This document shows positions 56,408 to 64,000 of a stretch of 64,000 nucleotides of DNA, piece by piece. Under the pieces are notes generated by a model. It was not told where the DNA came from. It made no database searches and saw only the letters and a list, made by a program, of their open reading frames with translations. Position 1 is the first letter of the stretch. The number at the start of each line of letters is the position of its first letter. Source of the DNA: an uncultured bacterium (lineage in GTDB: Bacteria > Patescibacteriota > Minisyncoccia > Moranbacterales > GWC2-37-73); the NCBI GenBank assembly GCA_903851135.1, contig CAINNK010000045.1, positions 28,289-92,288 on the forward strand, written 5' to 3'. The translations under genes were made by a program, and so were the position numbers.

Positions 56408-56986
56408 ATGGAAGTCCTATTTACAAAAACCACAACAGCATTAGTCGTCATTGATTTACAAAAAGGTATAACTGCTATGCCCACTCAGCCTTATGAGGCT
56501 AAGTCTATTATTGGTAATGCTGCGGAATTGGCAGAGGCTTTTCGCAAAAATAAAATGCCTGTATTTTTAGTTAGGGTTGCAACTTCGTCAGATAGTAAAG
56601 ATAGATTGCAGCCCATTATTGACGGCGAAAATTCTTGGGGAAAAATGCAGATGCCCTCTGATTGGAGCGAAATAGTTCCAGAACTTGGTTCTAGCAAGGG
56701 AGATATCATCATTACCAAAAAACAATGGGGAGCTTTCTATGGAACAGAACTAGATTTGCAACTACGTCGCCGAAAAATCGAAACAATTGTTTTGTGTGGG
56801 ATTTCAACTAATATTGGCGTGGAAAGCACTGCGCGGTTTGCTTTTGAATATGGATACCAACAAATTTTTGTCGAAGATGCAATGAGTGCTCGCAGCGCAG
56901 CAGAGCATGAACACACAGTGCAATCAACTTTTCCAAGAATGGGAAGGGTGCGCTTGGCCAAGGATATATTGGCTGCGTTAGAATAA
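56408..56986 (+). CDS. Isochorismatase-family cysteine hydrolase
   Basis: VLCGISTNIGVESTARFAFEYGY with catalytic Cys, conserved Asp near the N-terminus and a Lys in KKQWGAFYGT. Confidence 0.65.
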   Translation: MEVLFTKTTTALVVIDLQKGITAMPTQPYEAKSIIGNAAELAEAFRKNKMPVFLVRVATSSDSKDRLQPIIDGENSWGKMQMPSDWSEIVPELGSSKGDIIITKKQWGAFYGTELDLQLRRRKIETIVLCGISTNIGVESTARFAFEYGYQQIFVEDAMSARSAAEHEHTVQSTFPRMGRVRLAKDILAALE

Positions 56987-57011
56987 AATTAAATTTACAA
57001 TGCAATATTAA

Positions 57012-57043
57012 AAAAGAGCGACCGATTTCGGAAGCTCTTTTTC
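57012..57043. terminator. Bidirectional terminator (AAAGAGC-GACCGATTTCGGA-AGCTCTTTTT, nested)
   Basis: Between convergent genes. Confidence 0.5.
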
Positions 57044-57064
57044 GCTCTGTTCGTTGACATTGCA

Positions 57065-57307
57065 TTAGCCATTTGGCTGTTGTTGATGCAAGGAAAAAGC
57101 CGTATTAATTTCTTCGTGAAGCACGGCCTTATTTGCACATAAATCAGGACTTATTTCTTCGATGAGGTTACGCAGCGCTCCCTTACTTATTTCCCCTTGT
57201 TTAGCGATGGTGTGAATGTCTTTAGTGAAATCTGCAGTTTTTGGCATGTGAAACTTCTCCTTTTTATAAGATATGGGCAACAGCCCTAAAGAACAATGAT
57301 GTGACAC
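57065..57307 (-). CDS. Hypothetical small protein
   Basis: ORF only. Likely start is the internal Met (MPKTADF...). Confidence 0.3.
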   Translation of the reverse strand: MSHHCSLGLLPISYKKEKFHMPKTADFTKDIHTIAKQGEISKGALRNLIEEISPDLCANKAVLHEEINTAFSLHQQQPNG

Positions 57308-57429
57308 GATCCAGTATGTTACACTTTGTCTTATACGTGATTAAATTTGAATATCTTTCAGCTATATTAAAAGCGTATCATTGATGATACGCTTTCTAAT
57401 AATATTTAACGCACTAATATTTTTTTAAC

Positions 57430-57957
57430 TTAGTTTGTTGGCTGGCTATTTCTCATGCCTAATCCACGTCCTCCCATGCGCCCGAATCCACCGAAAAGAT
57501 ATTGCACATCTATGCCATTTTGCTTGGCCCAGTCTGTCAGATCCTGCTTATTTTTTTGCATAGCAGCTTGTCTTTGCGCCTGTGTCATGGCTTTGAAATT
57601 AGCCATTTGTGCGGCGCGATTGGTTGCTAGTTCTTGATGTTTGTTAATAATAAGTGTTTCTTGCGCGGCTGTAATTTTTCCAGCTGTGACATCTTGATCA
57701 AGCTTGGTTTTAAATTGAGCTTCCATTTGAGTTTGGCGATCTTGACGATATTGATCAACAACTGATTGAACATCACTTTGATTCAAGTTGAATTTTTGAG
57801 CGATCATTTGAACCAGAGTTGTTTTCGAACTAGTGTCAGCAAAAGCCTTGCCTATTCCTAGTGCAGTGACCCCAGAAACAGCAGTGATGGCTAGAGTAGC
57901 CATAATCAACTTCTTTCTATTGGTTAAAGTTTTCTTTAATGTATTTTTTGTAAACAT
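57430..57957 (-). CDS. Secreted helical hypothetical protein (Spy/CpxP-like character)
   Basis: Signal/TM at N-terminus, Gln-rich helical body, Gly/Arg-rich C-terminus. Confidence 0.4.
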   Translation of the reverse strand: MFTKNTLKKTLTNRKKLIMATLAITAVSGVTALGIGKAFADTSSKTTLVQMIAQKFNLNQSDVQSVVDQYRQDRQTQMEAQFKTKLDQDVTAGKITAAQETLIINKHQELATNRAAQMANFKAMTQAQRQAAMQKNKQDLTDWAKQNGIDVQYLFGGFGRMGGRGLGMRNSQPTN

Positions 57958-58134
57958 ATTTTTTTGGTAATTTAAGTAATTATATTTTTGTGTCGACTCG
58001 GTGGATATTTAATAAATAAAATATCCAGCACAACTATCTTAAAAAAATTATAGCTAAAGCAGTTTATGCTTCTGCTACTTATTACGATTCCGTTGGAATT
58101 CTAGGTGCAAAAAATAATATTAGTTGCATTGAAA

Positions 58135-58170
58135 ATAAAAAACACTCCTTAATAAAAAGGAGTGTTAGTA
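58135..58170 (-). terminator. Rho-independent terminator (AACACTCCTT-AATAAAA-AGGAGTGTT, T-run on minus strand)
   Basis: 3' of the 58181-58366 minus-strand gene. Confidence 0.5.
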
Positions 58171-58180
58171 ATCTCTCTTA

Positions 58181-58366
58181 TTATTCCTCCTCCTTTTCCG
58201 CAGGGGATTTTTCTATAAGTTTTTTAATTTCACGGACGAATTCCAATTTAGCCTCTAACATGCTTTCTTTCATTTTTAGATGAGCTAATTTAAATTCTTT
58301 TCCGCATTTTTTGTGCATTTCCATGCCACAAGAGCCTTCCATACCTTCACTTTTTTCATTAAACAT
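58181..58366 (-). CDS. Small Cys/His-containing hypothetical protein (61 aa)
   Basis: ORF with promoter-like upstream motif and terminator. Confidence 0.3.
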   Translation of the reverse strand: MFNEKSEGMEGSCGMEMHKKCGKEFKLAHLKMKESMLEAKLEFVREIKKLIEKSPAEKEEE

Positions 58367-58529
58367 ATTTTTATTGTAAATAAAGAAATTATAATTTTGT
58401 GTCGACCACTAATGTCTACTACGGGTAGAAAATAATTTTCTTGCATAGGAGTTCATGTGTCAGAAGTTGCACCCAATGATTTATGCAATTCGTATTAAAT
58501 ATATGTAATAAAAATAAAATAAAAACCTT

Positions 58530-59183
58530 ATGACGCATAAAAATAAATTGTATGCTGCAGGGACTGCTATTTGTGTGGTAGCTATAGGAGCTGTTGTTTT
58601 TTATTTGATAAAAAACAATTCAGGCAGTAAGACCGCTTCTGCTGATCAAGCCAATCTAGCACAAAACGATACTAGTCAAAATTTACAAAATCAGCCGAGT
58701 GAGAACCCAGTTAATGATTCTGCTACGCCTATTGCGCCATCTTCAGATAATTCAACCGCCGACTCAAATAGTCCTTCTGATACGACAAATTCCACTTCAA
58801 ATCCTGCCACAAGTGGCGCGCCAGGTCGCGGGCCAATGGCGAATATCCCAGCTGGTTCAAAGCCAATTTTTGGACAAGTCACTTCAGTGAGTGGTTCTCA
58901 AATTGTTGTTACCACTATGGGCAGACGAGGTAACCCCGCTACTTCCAGTGGCACTGCAACGGACTCAACAACAACTCCAACAAAAACTACAATTAATGTG
59001 ACAATTACTAGTAGCACAATCTTTAGCGGGGGCACTAAAGATGCAATAGTAGTTGGAACAAGGATATTTGGTTATGGAGTTGCTAATGCTGATGGTAGTA
59101 TTAATGCCACCAATATTCAGATAAACCCAACTAGACCATCAGGCGGTGGATTTAATCGAGGAGGGCAAAATCAAGGTCAATAA
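58530..59183 (+). CDS. Secreted Ser/Thr/Asn-rich low-complexity protein
   Basis: Signal anchor then S/T/N/P-rich repeats. Terminator hairpin 59194-59217. Confidence 0.45.
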   Translation: MTHKNKLYAAGTAICVVAIGAVVFYLIKNNSGSKTASADQANLAQNDTSQNLQNQPSENPVNDSATPIAPSSDNSTADSNSPSDTTNSTSNPATSGAPGRGPMANIPAGSKPIFGQVTSVSGSQIVVTTMGRRGNPATSSGTATDSTTTPTKTTINVTITSSTIFSGGTKDAIVVGTRIFGYGVANADGSINATNIQINPTRPSGGGFNRGGQNQGQ

Positions 59184-59262
59184 ATTGAAAAAACAAACTG
59201 CCAGTGGTGGCAGTTTTAGGTTTGTTTATCTGATTTAGTTATTGGTGCTATAATGTAGTCAT

Positions 59263-60090
59263 ATGCTTACCAAAAATGGTGTAAAATTAAATAGTATTAT
59301 CAAGGTCGAAAATCTTACCAAGAAATTTGGAGATTTTGTGGCTCTTGACTCAGTTTCTTTTGATGTAAAGAAAGGTGAGATTTTTGCATTTCTTGGTCCT
59401 AATGGCGCCGGAAAAAGTACAATGATAAAAATATTGATTACACTGCTTTCATCCACTGATGGCAGTGGTATTATTAATGGTTTTAGTCTTATTGAAAATC
59501 CTGCACAGGTTCGTAAATCTATTGGCTATGTCCCACAAATGATTTCGGTGGATGGGGCTCTAACTGCCTATGAAAATATGATGCTTATGGCTTCATTATA
59601 TGATGTTCCAAGAAAAGAGAGGCAAAAAAGAATAAGAGAAATTTTAGTGTTTCTTAAGCTGGAAAAATTTGAGAAAACCTTAGTAAAGAATTTTTCTGGT
59701 GGCATGATTAGGAAATTGGAAATAGGGCAAGCCATGCTTCATCATCCGCCCGTTCTTTTTTTAGATGAACCGACCACAGGGCTTGACCCAATTGGAAGAC
59801 AAGATGTGTGGGAGCATTTATTAGAACTGCGTGATAAGTTCAATACTACTATTTTTTTCACTACTCACTATATGGAGGAAGCGGAGGACGTGAGTGACCG
59901 AATTGCCATAATGAATCAGGGAAAGCTGGCTGTTATTGGCACAGTATCCGAACTTAAGAAGAAAACAAAAAAAGCTAACGCAACTCTGGATGACGCTTTC
60001 ATCTTTTTTACTGGAGGAGAATTGTCTGAAGATAGAAGTAATTTTCGTGATATAAAAAGAGGAAGAGCGATGGAAAGAAAGTTAGGATAA
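59263..60090 (+). CDS. ABC transporter ATP-binding protein
   Basis: Walker A GPNGAGKST, signature SGGMIRKLEIG, Walker B LFLDEPT, H-loop. Confidence 0.8.
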   Translation: MLTKNGVKLNSIIKVENLTKKFGDFVALDSVSFDVKKGEIFAFLGPNGAGKSTMIKILITLLSSTDGSGIINGFSLIENPAQVRKSIGYVPQMISVDGALTAYENMMLMASLYDVPRKERQKRIREILVFLKLEKFEKTLVKNFSGGMIRKLEIGQAMLHHPPVLFLDEPTTGLDPIGRQDVWEHLLELRDKFNTTIFFTTHYMEEAEDVSDRIAIMNQGKLAVIGTVSELKKKTKKANATLDDAFIFFTGGELSEDRSNFRDIKRGRAMERKLG

Positions 60091-60097
60091 ACAAAAT

Positions 60098-60874
60098 ATG
60101 TTGAATTACATTCTACAAACAATTACAAAATCATATATCATGGCTAAAATGGAAATAGTCAAGCTTTTACATGATCCGACAGAACTTATTACAAGGGCGG
60201 TGCAGCCAATTCTTTGGCTAGGAATTTTTGGAGAAGCGCTCAGTAAGGTCAGAGCTATACCTACTGGCGATTATACTTATCTTCAATTCATTACTCCTGG
60301 TATCCTGACCCAATCTGTCGTATTTGTGGCAATTTTCTATGGCTTATCGGTTATTTGGGAGCGAGATACTGGAATTTTGCAAAAAATTCTTGTCACTCCA
60401 ACACCCAGGCTGGCCTTGGTTTGGGGAAAAATGATTTCCGCTAGTGTCCGCGGCTTGGCGCAAGCCGTGATTATTTTTCTTTTTGCTATTATTTTGCGCA
60501 TCAACCTCAATCTTACATTTATATCAGTTGCGGGCGTAGTATTGATTGTGCTGCTTGGAGCTTCTTTTTTCACAGGACTTTCTATGATTATCGCTTCAAT
60601 AGTGAAAACTAGGGAGAGGTTTATGGGAATAGGGCAGGTCATAACTCTTCCACTTTTCTTTGCTTCTAATGCTATTTATCCGATTAGTATAATGCCGGAA
60701 TGGCTTCAAATTGTCGCGAAAGTGAATCCGTTGAGCTATATGGTAGACGGCCTAAGAGCGCTTATTGTTTCGGGAAATTATTCTAGTTTGCCTTTGGATA
60801 TATTCGTGCTATTTTTTGCCACTTTTTTCATTTCACTTTTGAGTACCTATATGTATCCTAAAGTTGTTATATAG
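60098..60874 (+). CDS. ABC-2 type transporter permease
   Basis: Six TM helices and position after the ATPase. Confidence 0.7.
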   Translation: MLNYILQTITKSYIMAKMEIVKLLHDPTELITRAVQPILWLGIFGEALSKVRAIPTGDYTYLQFITPGILTQSVVFVAIFYGLSVIWERDTGILQKILVTPTPRLALVWGKMISASVRGLAQAVIIFLFAIILRINLNLTFISVAGVVLIVLLGASFFTGLSMIIASIVKTRERFMGIGQVITLPLFFASNAIYPISIMPEWLQIVAKVNPLSYMVDGLRALIVSGNYSSLPLDIFVLFFATFFISLLSTYMYPKVVI

Positions 60875-60907
60875 AAAACTAACATTAAAATAATTCAAAA
60901 TAAAAAA

Positions 60908-61258
60908 ATGAATATAAAAAATGATACGCGGCCCTGGGGATTTTTCCGTCAATTTACTGAAAATGAACCTTCCACGATAAAAATAATAAGTGTGGATGCT
61001 GGTCATAGACTTAGTCTGCAATATCACAATAAGCGCGATGAATTTTGGGTTGTTCTTTCTGGTAATCCTGTTATTAGGATAGGCGAAACAGTCACTCACG
61101 CTATTGCCGGAGAAGAGTTTTCTATTCCAAAAAAGACAAATCATAGAATAGAAGCGTTAGAAAATAATGTGCAAGTGCTTGAAATCGCTTTTGGAGATTT
61201 TGATGAAAATGACATTGTCAGAATTGAAGATGCTTATGGGAGAATTCCTCAAAAATAA
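60908..61258 (+). CDS. Cupin-domain protein (mannose-6-phosphate isomerase type II C-terminal-like)
   Basis: DAGHRLSLQYHNKRDEFWVVLSG...NHRIEAL cupin motifs G(X)5HXH..E and G(X)5PXG..H. Confidence 0.55.
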   Translation: MNIKNDTRPWGFFRQFTENEPSTIKIISVDAGHRLSLQYHNKRDEFWVVLSGNPVIRIGETVTHAIAGEEFSIPKKTNHRIEALENNVQVLEIAFGDFDENDIVRIEDAYGRIPQK

Positions 61259-61279
61259 AAAGTTATTTAAGTTTTCATT

Positions 61280-63106
61280 TTGAAAAAAGAAACAACAAAA
61301 AAACAAAAAATAATACATCCTCTTGCAGTTACGGAATTTCAAGGGAAAGTCGTATTTTTTTGTGTTGAGCATGACCGGGAAAGCGCCGAACTTTTTTTGT
61401 ATGAAAATATTGGAGAAAAATTCAAAGAAATAAATTCTTTGCAAATTTTTTCCGAAAAAGGCAAAAAGAAACATCTGACAAATTGTCGTAACTTTCATTT
61501 TTTTCAATGTGATAATATTTGGTATTTGACCTATTCTCAAGAGCACACAAAACTCTTTAAGAAAAAGATGCGCACAGTTATTGCAAAATCTGTCGATCTG
61601 GAGCGCTTTGATATTGAGGATGAATTGGATGGCGAGTTTCCAGAGGCGTTTTCTGTTGTTTCGAGCCATCTTCACAGAAAAAATTTTCTGGCTTATTTTG
61701 GAAAAAGATCTATTTATGCAGCGGCATCAAAGAACTTGGAAGACTGGCATGTTTCTGGCGAGATCCTAGCGCCACGCAAAGGATTTTTTGATGATGAGAG
61801 ACTTTATTTTTTGGATGCGATAAAAACAGACCGTGGAATATTGGTTATCTATGAATCGAAAAAAAATTCCAAAAGAGGTCAACAAATAATGATAGGAGCT
61901 GCCTTGTTTGCCCTGGATCAACCGTACAAAATTTTATGGAGATCCAACGAACCTATTTGGATAAAGACCTTACAAGAAAAAGAATATCCATTGAGATATT
62001 TAGGTTTAATTATTACCAATGGCATATTGCATATCTATTGGGTGACAAACAAAAATGAAATAAGTTCAGAAGCCATCAAGCCTGCCATTGTTGGAATTGG
62101 AAGTTTGCAAAAAAGGCCTAGTCATCTCAGTAGGCATCATAGTAATCCAATACTTGAGCCGAATCAGAAAAATATTTGGGAATATGACGCAACATTTAAT
62201 CCAGCAGCTCTGCACTTGGAAAACAAAATTCATTTAATTTATCGAGCAATTGGGGAAAGTGGCGTATCAGTATTTGGCTATGCTTCCTCGCAGGATGGAT
62301 TAAAAATAGATGAGCGACTTGAAAGTCCAGCATTCGCCGCAATGTTATTTCATGGTGATCCAAAAAAGACAGAACTACTTCTTTCTCCACAATATGTTTC
62401 AGGTGGAAGTTGGGTTGGTTGCGAGGATCCACGTTTGACGCAAATTGGCGATCGTATCTATATGACATATGTTGCATTTGATGGATGTAATCCTCCGGGT
62501 GTGGCGTTGACGTCCATAAGTGTGCATGATTTTCTGCATAAAAATTGGAAATGGAAAAAACCAGTGCTCATTTCAAAGGCTGGAGAAATACAAAAAAACT
62601 GGATGTTATTTCCAGAAAAAATAAATGGCAAATATGCAATTTTGCACAGTATTACCCCGCACATTGCAGTGGCATATGTTGATGATTTGAATGAGGAAGG
62701 GTTGGTAATTCATAGTGGCAAAAAACCCGGAGAAGATAATCATAGGTGGGATAATATTGTTCGAGGTGCTGGCGCTCCACCAATTAAAACAGATTACGGC
62801 TGGCTGGTTTTGTATCATGCTATGGACAAAAAAGATCCTGACAAATATAAAGTTGGTGCAATGATTTTGGATCGCAGTGATCCGACAAAAATTTTATATC
62901 GCGCATCTCACCCAATATTGGAACCTTCTGAAACTTATGAAAACAATGGAGCCAAATCAGGAGTAGTTTATGTCTGTGGGGCAGTTATAAAAGAAGATAT
63001 ACTGTTTGTATATTATGGTGGAGCTGATAGTGTTGTATGTGTGGCTACGGCAAATATACATGAATTTTTGCGTGATATAATGAGAGAGGCTATTACTGGC
63101 ATGTAG
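61280..63106 (+). CDS. GH130-like (DUF377 beta-propeller) glycoside phosphorylase/hydrolase, two-domain (608 aa)
   Basis: C-terminal half carries GCEDPRLTQIGDRIYMTYVAFDG and GAGAPPIKTDYGWLVLYHA, hallmarks of the GH130/GH43-like beta-propeller. N-terminal half is divergent. Confidence 0.55.
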   Translation: MKKETTKKQKIIHPLAVTEFQGKVVFFCVEHDRESAELFLYENIGEKFKEINSLQIFSEKGKKKHLTNCRNFHFFQCDNIWYLTYSQEHTKLFKKKMRTVIAKSVDLERFDIEDELDGEFPEAFSVVSSHLHRKNFLAYFGKRSIYAAASKNLEDWHVSGEILAPRKGFFDDERLYFLDAIKTDRGILVIYESKKNSKRGQQIMIGAALFALDQPYKILWRSNEPIWIKTLQEKEYPLRYLGLIITNGILHIYWVTNKNEISSEAIKPAIVGIGSLQKRPSHLSRHHSNPILEPNQKNIWEYDATFNPAALHLENKIHLIYRAIGESGVSVFGYASSQDGLKIDERLESPAFAAMLFHGDPKKTELLLSPQYVSGGSWVGCEDPRLTQIGDRIYMTYVAFDGCNPPGVALTSISVHDFLHKNWKWKKPVLISKAGEIQKNWMLFPEKINGKYAILHSITPHIAVAYVDDLNEEGLVIHSGKKPGEDNHRWDNIVRGAGAPPIKTDYGWLVLYHAMDKKDPDKYKVGAMILDRSDPTKILYRASHPILEPSETYENNGAKSGVVYVCGAVIKEDILFVYYGGADSVVCVATANIHEFLRDIMREAITGM

Positions 63107-63133
63107 CTGTGAGAAATAATTAATGAAAAAAAT

Positions 63134-64000
63134 ATGTTTGTAGTTAGAAAATCAACGCACAATCCTTTGCTCAAGCCCGTAGCTGATCATTCTTGGGAAT
63201 CTTTTGCAGCTTTCAATTGGTGTCCTGTTCAAGACAAACACAAAGTTCATTGTGTATACAGAGCCGAATCCGGGGTGGAATATATTCATGGGAAGGAACT
63301 GCGCGTTTCAACTATTGGCTGGGCGCAAAGCTCTGATGGTCATCATTTTGACAAACGCAGACAACTTATTGTGCCTGAGCATGATTGGGAACAATTTGGG
63401 TGTGAGGATCCACGAGTTACAAAAATTGGCAACACTTATTATATTTTTTATACTGCTCTTTCAACTTTTCCATTTTCTGCAGATGGCATCAAGATTGCTG
63501 TGGCAACAACTAAGGATTTTAAAAAAATTCATGAAAAACATCTTGTTACGCCATTTAATGCAAAAGCCATGGTGCTCTTTCCAGAAAAAATAAACGGAAA
63601 ATATGTGGCTATGTTAAGCGCCCATACCGATAGGCCGCCAGTAATCACAGCAATAGCTGAGTTTGATAGTCTTGATCAATTGTGGTCGGAGCAATATTGG
63701 AAGCAGTGGCACGACAATATTGAAGAGCATAGGATCGTGCTTCGAAGAAATGAGAATGATCAAGTAGAAATTGGATCAGCGCCAATCAAGACAAAAGATG
63801 GTTGGCTTCTCATTTATTCACACATTCAAAATTATTTTTCTGATCGCAAAATTTTTGGCATTGAAGCTTTGCTTCTTGATTTGAAAAATCCGTCAAAAAT
63901 TATTGCACGTACGGATGGCCCACTTCTGGTGCCGGAGGAAATATATGAGGAATTCGGTCAGGTGCCGAATGTGATTTTTCCTTCCGGCGCTTTCGTGCAC
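63134..64000 (+). CDS. GH130-family protein (partial, runs off window end)
   Basis: GCEDPRVTKIGNTYYIFYTA and SAPIKTKDGWLLIYSH motifs. Frame open from ATG 63134 to the window end. Not in the ORF track because no stop lies in the window. Confidence 0.6.
   Translation, partial: MFVVRKSTHNPLLKPVADHSWESFAAFNWCPVQDKHKVHCVYRAESGVEYIHGKELRVSTIGWAQSSDGHHFDKRRQLIVPEHDWEQFGCEDPRVTKIGNTYYIFYTALSTFPFSADGIKIAVATTKDFKKIHEKHLVTPFNAKAMVLFPEKINGKYVAMLSAHTDRPPVITAIAEFDSLDQLWSEQYWKQWHDNIEEHRIVLRRNENDQVEIGSAPIKTKDGWLLIYSHIQNYFSDRKIFGIEALLLDLKNPSKIIARTDGPLLVPEEIYEEFGQVPNVIFPSGAFVH

Noticed and set aside
59246-59265. Leaderless translation of the ABC ATPase (TG-extended -10 TGcTATAAT at 59246-59254, only ~8 nt before ATG 59263)
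   Set aside because: This is possible, but the true start could be a downstream codon or the promoter call could be wrong. Evidence is too thin to report as a feature.

Overview
This is an AT-rich, gene-dense bacterial window with short intergenic spacers, a few longer AT-rich gaps and many tight or overlapping gene junctions; this compact organisation suggests a small-genome (possibly Patescibacteria/CPR-like) lineage, though taxonomy cannot be assigned from sequence alone. Most genes are ordinary: envelope glycosylation (a GT4, two GT39/PMT-like membrane glycosyltransferases, a QxxRW membrane GT2, an MraY/WecA-family transferase, DUF192); replication and division (holB, an FtsQ-like protein, rmuC, mltG); translation (prfA-prmC, rpmE, rpsB-tsf, rpmG); and a tRNA cluster (Thr-Tyr-[238-nt spacer]-Thr-rpmG-Trp). 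Six regions stand out as accessory or unusual. (1) An eight-gene same-strand operon (8084-17924) of proteins with no recognisable domains ends in a TraD/VirD4/HerA-type membrane ATPase; it is driven by a perfect consensus sigma70 promoter with a structured leader and is followed by an MNT/HepT toxin-antitoxin pair. (2) An IS200/RAYT-like Y1 transposase (23645-24394) is flanked by perfect 46-bp palindromes, and full and half copies of the same palindrome sit in-frame inside its own coding sequence. (3) A type I restriction-modification operon carries two extra genes: a HEPN (Rx4H) protein between hsdM and hsdS, and a membrane protein with a Trp-rich C-terminal tail between hsdS and hsdR. It is followed by a DUF45-like HExxH gene. 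(4) An integrative element remnant (50442-55279) encodes a large serine recombinase, two DNA methyltransferases (one with a ParB-like domain) and an HTH protein. (5) A ~200-bp intergenic repeat family occurs twice, and short ATTTGTA and heptamer AT-rich repeat motifs recur across spacers. (6) A 0.9-kb AT-rich ORF-free gap with a single DnaA box and a long hairpin precedes a tiny Lys/Ala-rich histone-like gene. Other notable items are an ANT(2'')/Lnu-family nucleotidyltransferase, tandem GH130-like genes with a cupin and an ABC exporter, and a G10 homopolymer tract. All calls rest on motif recognition by eye; no database searches were run.
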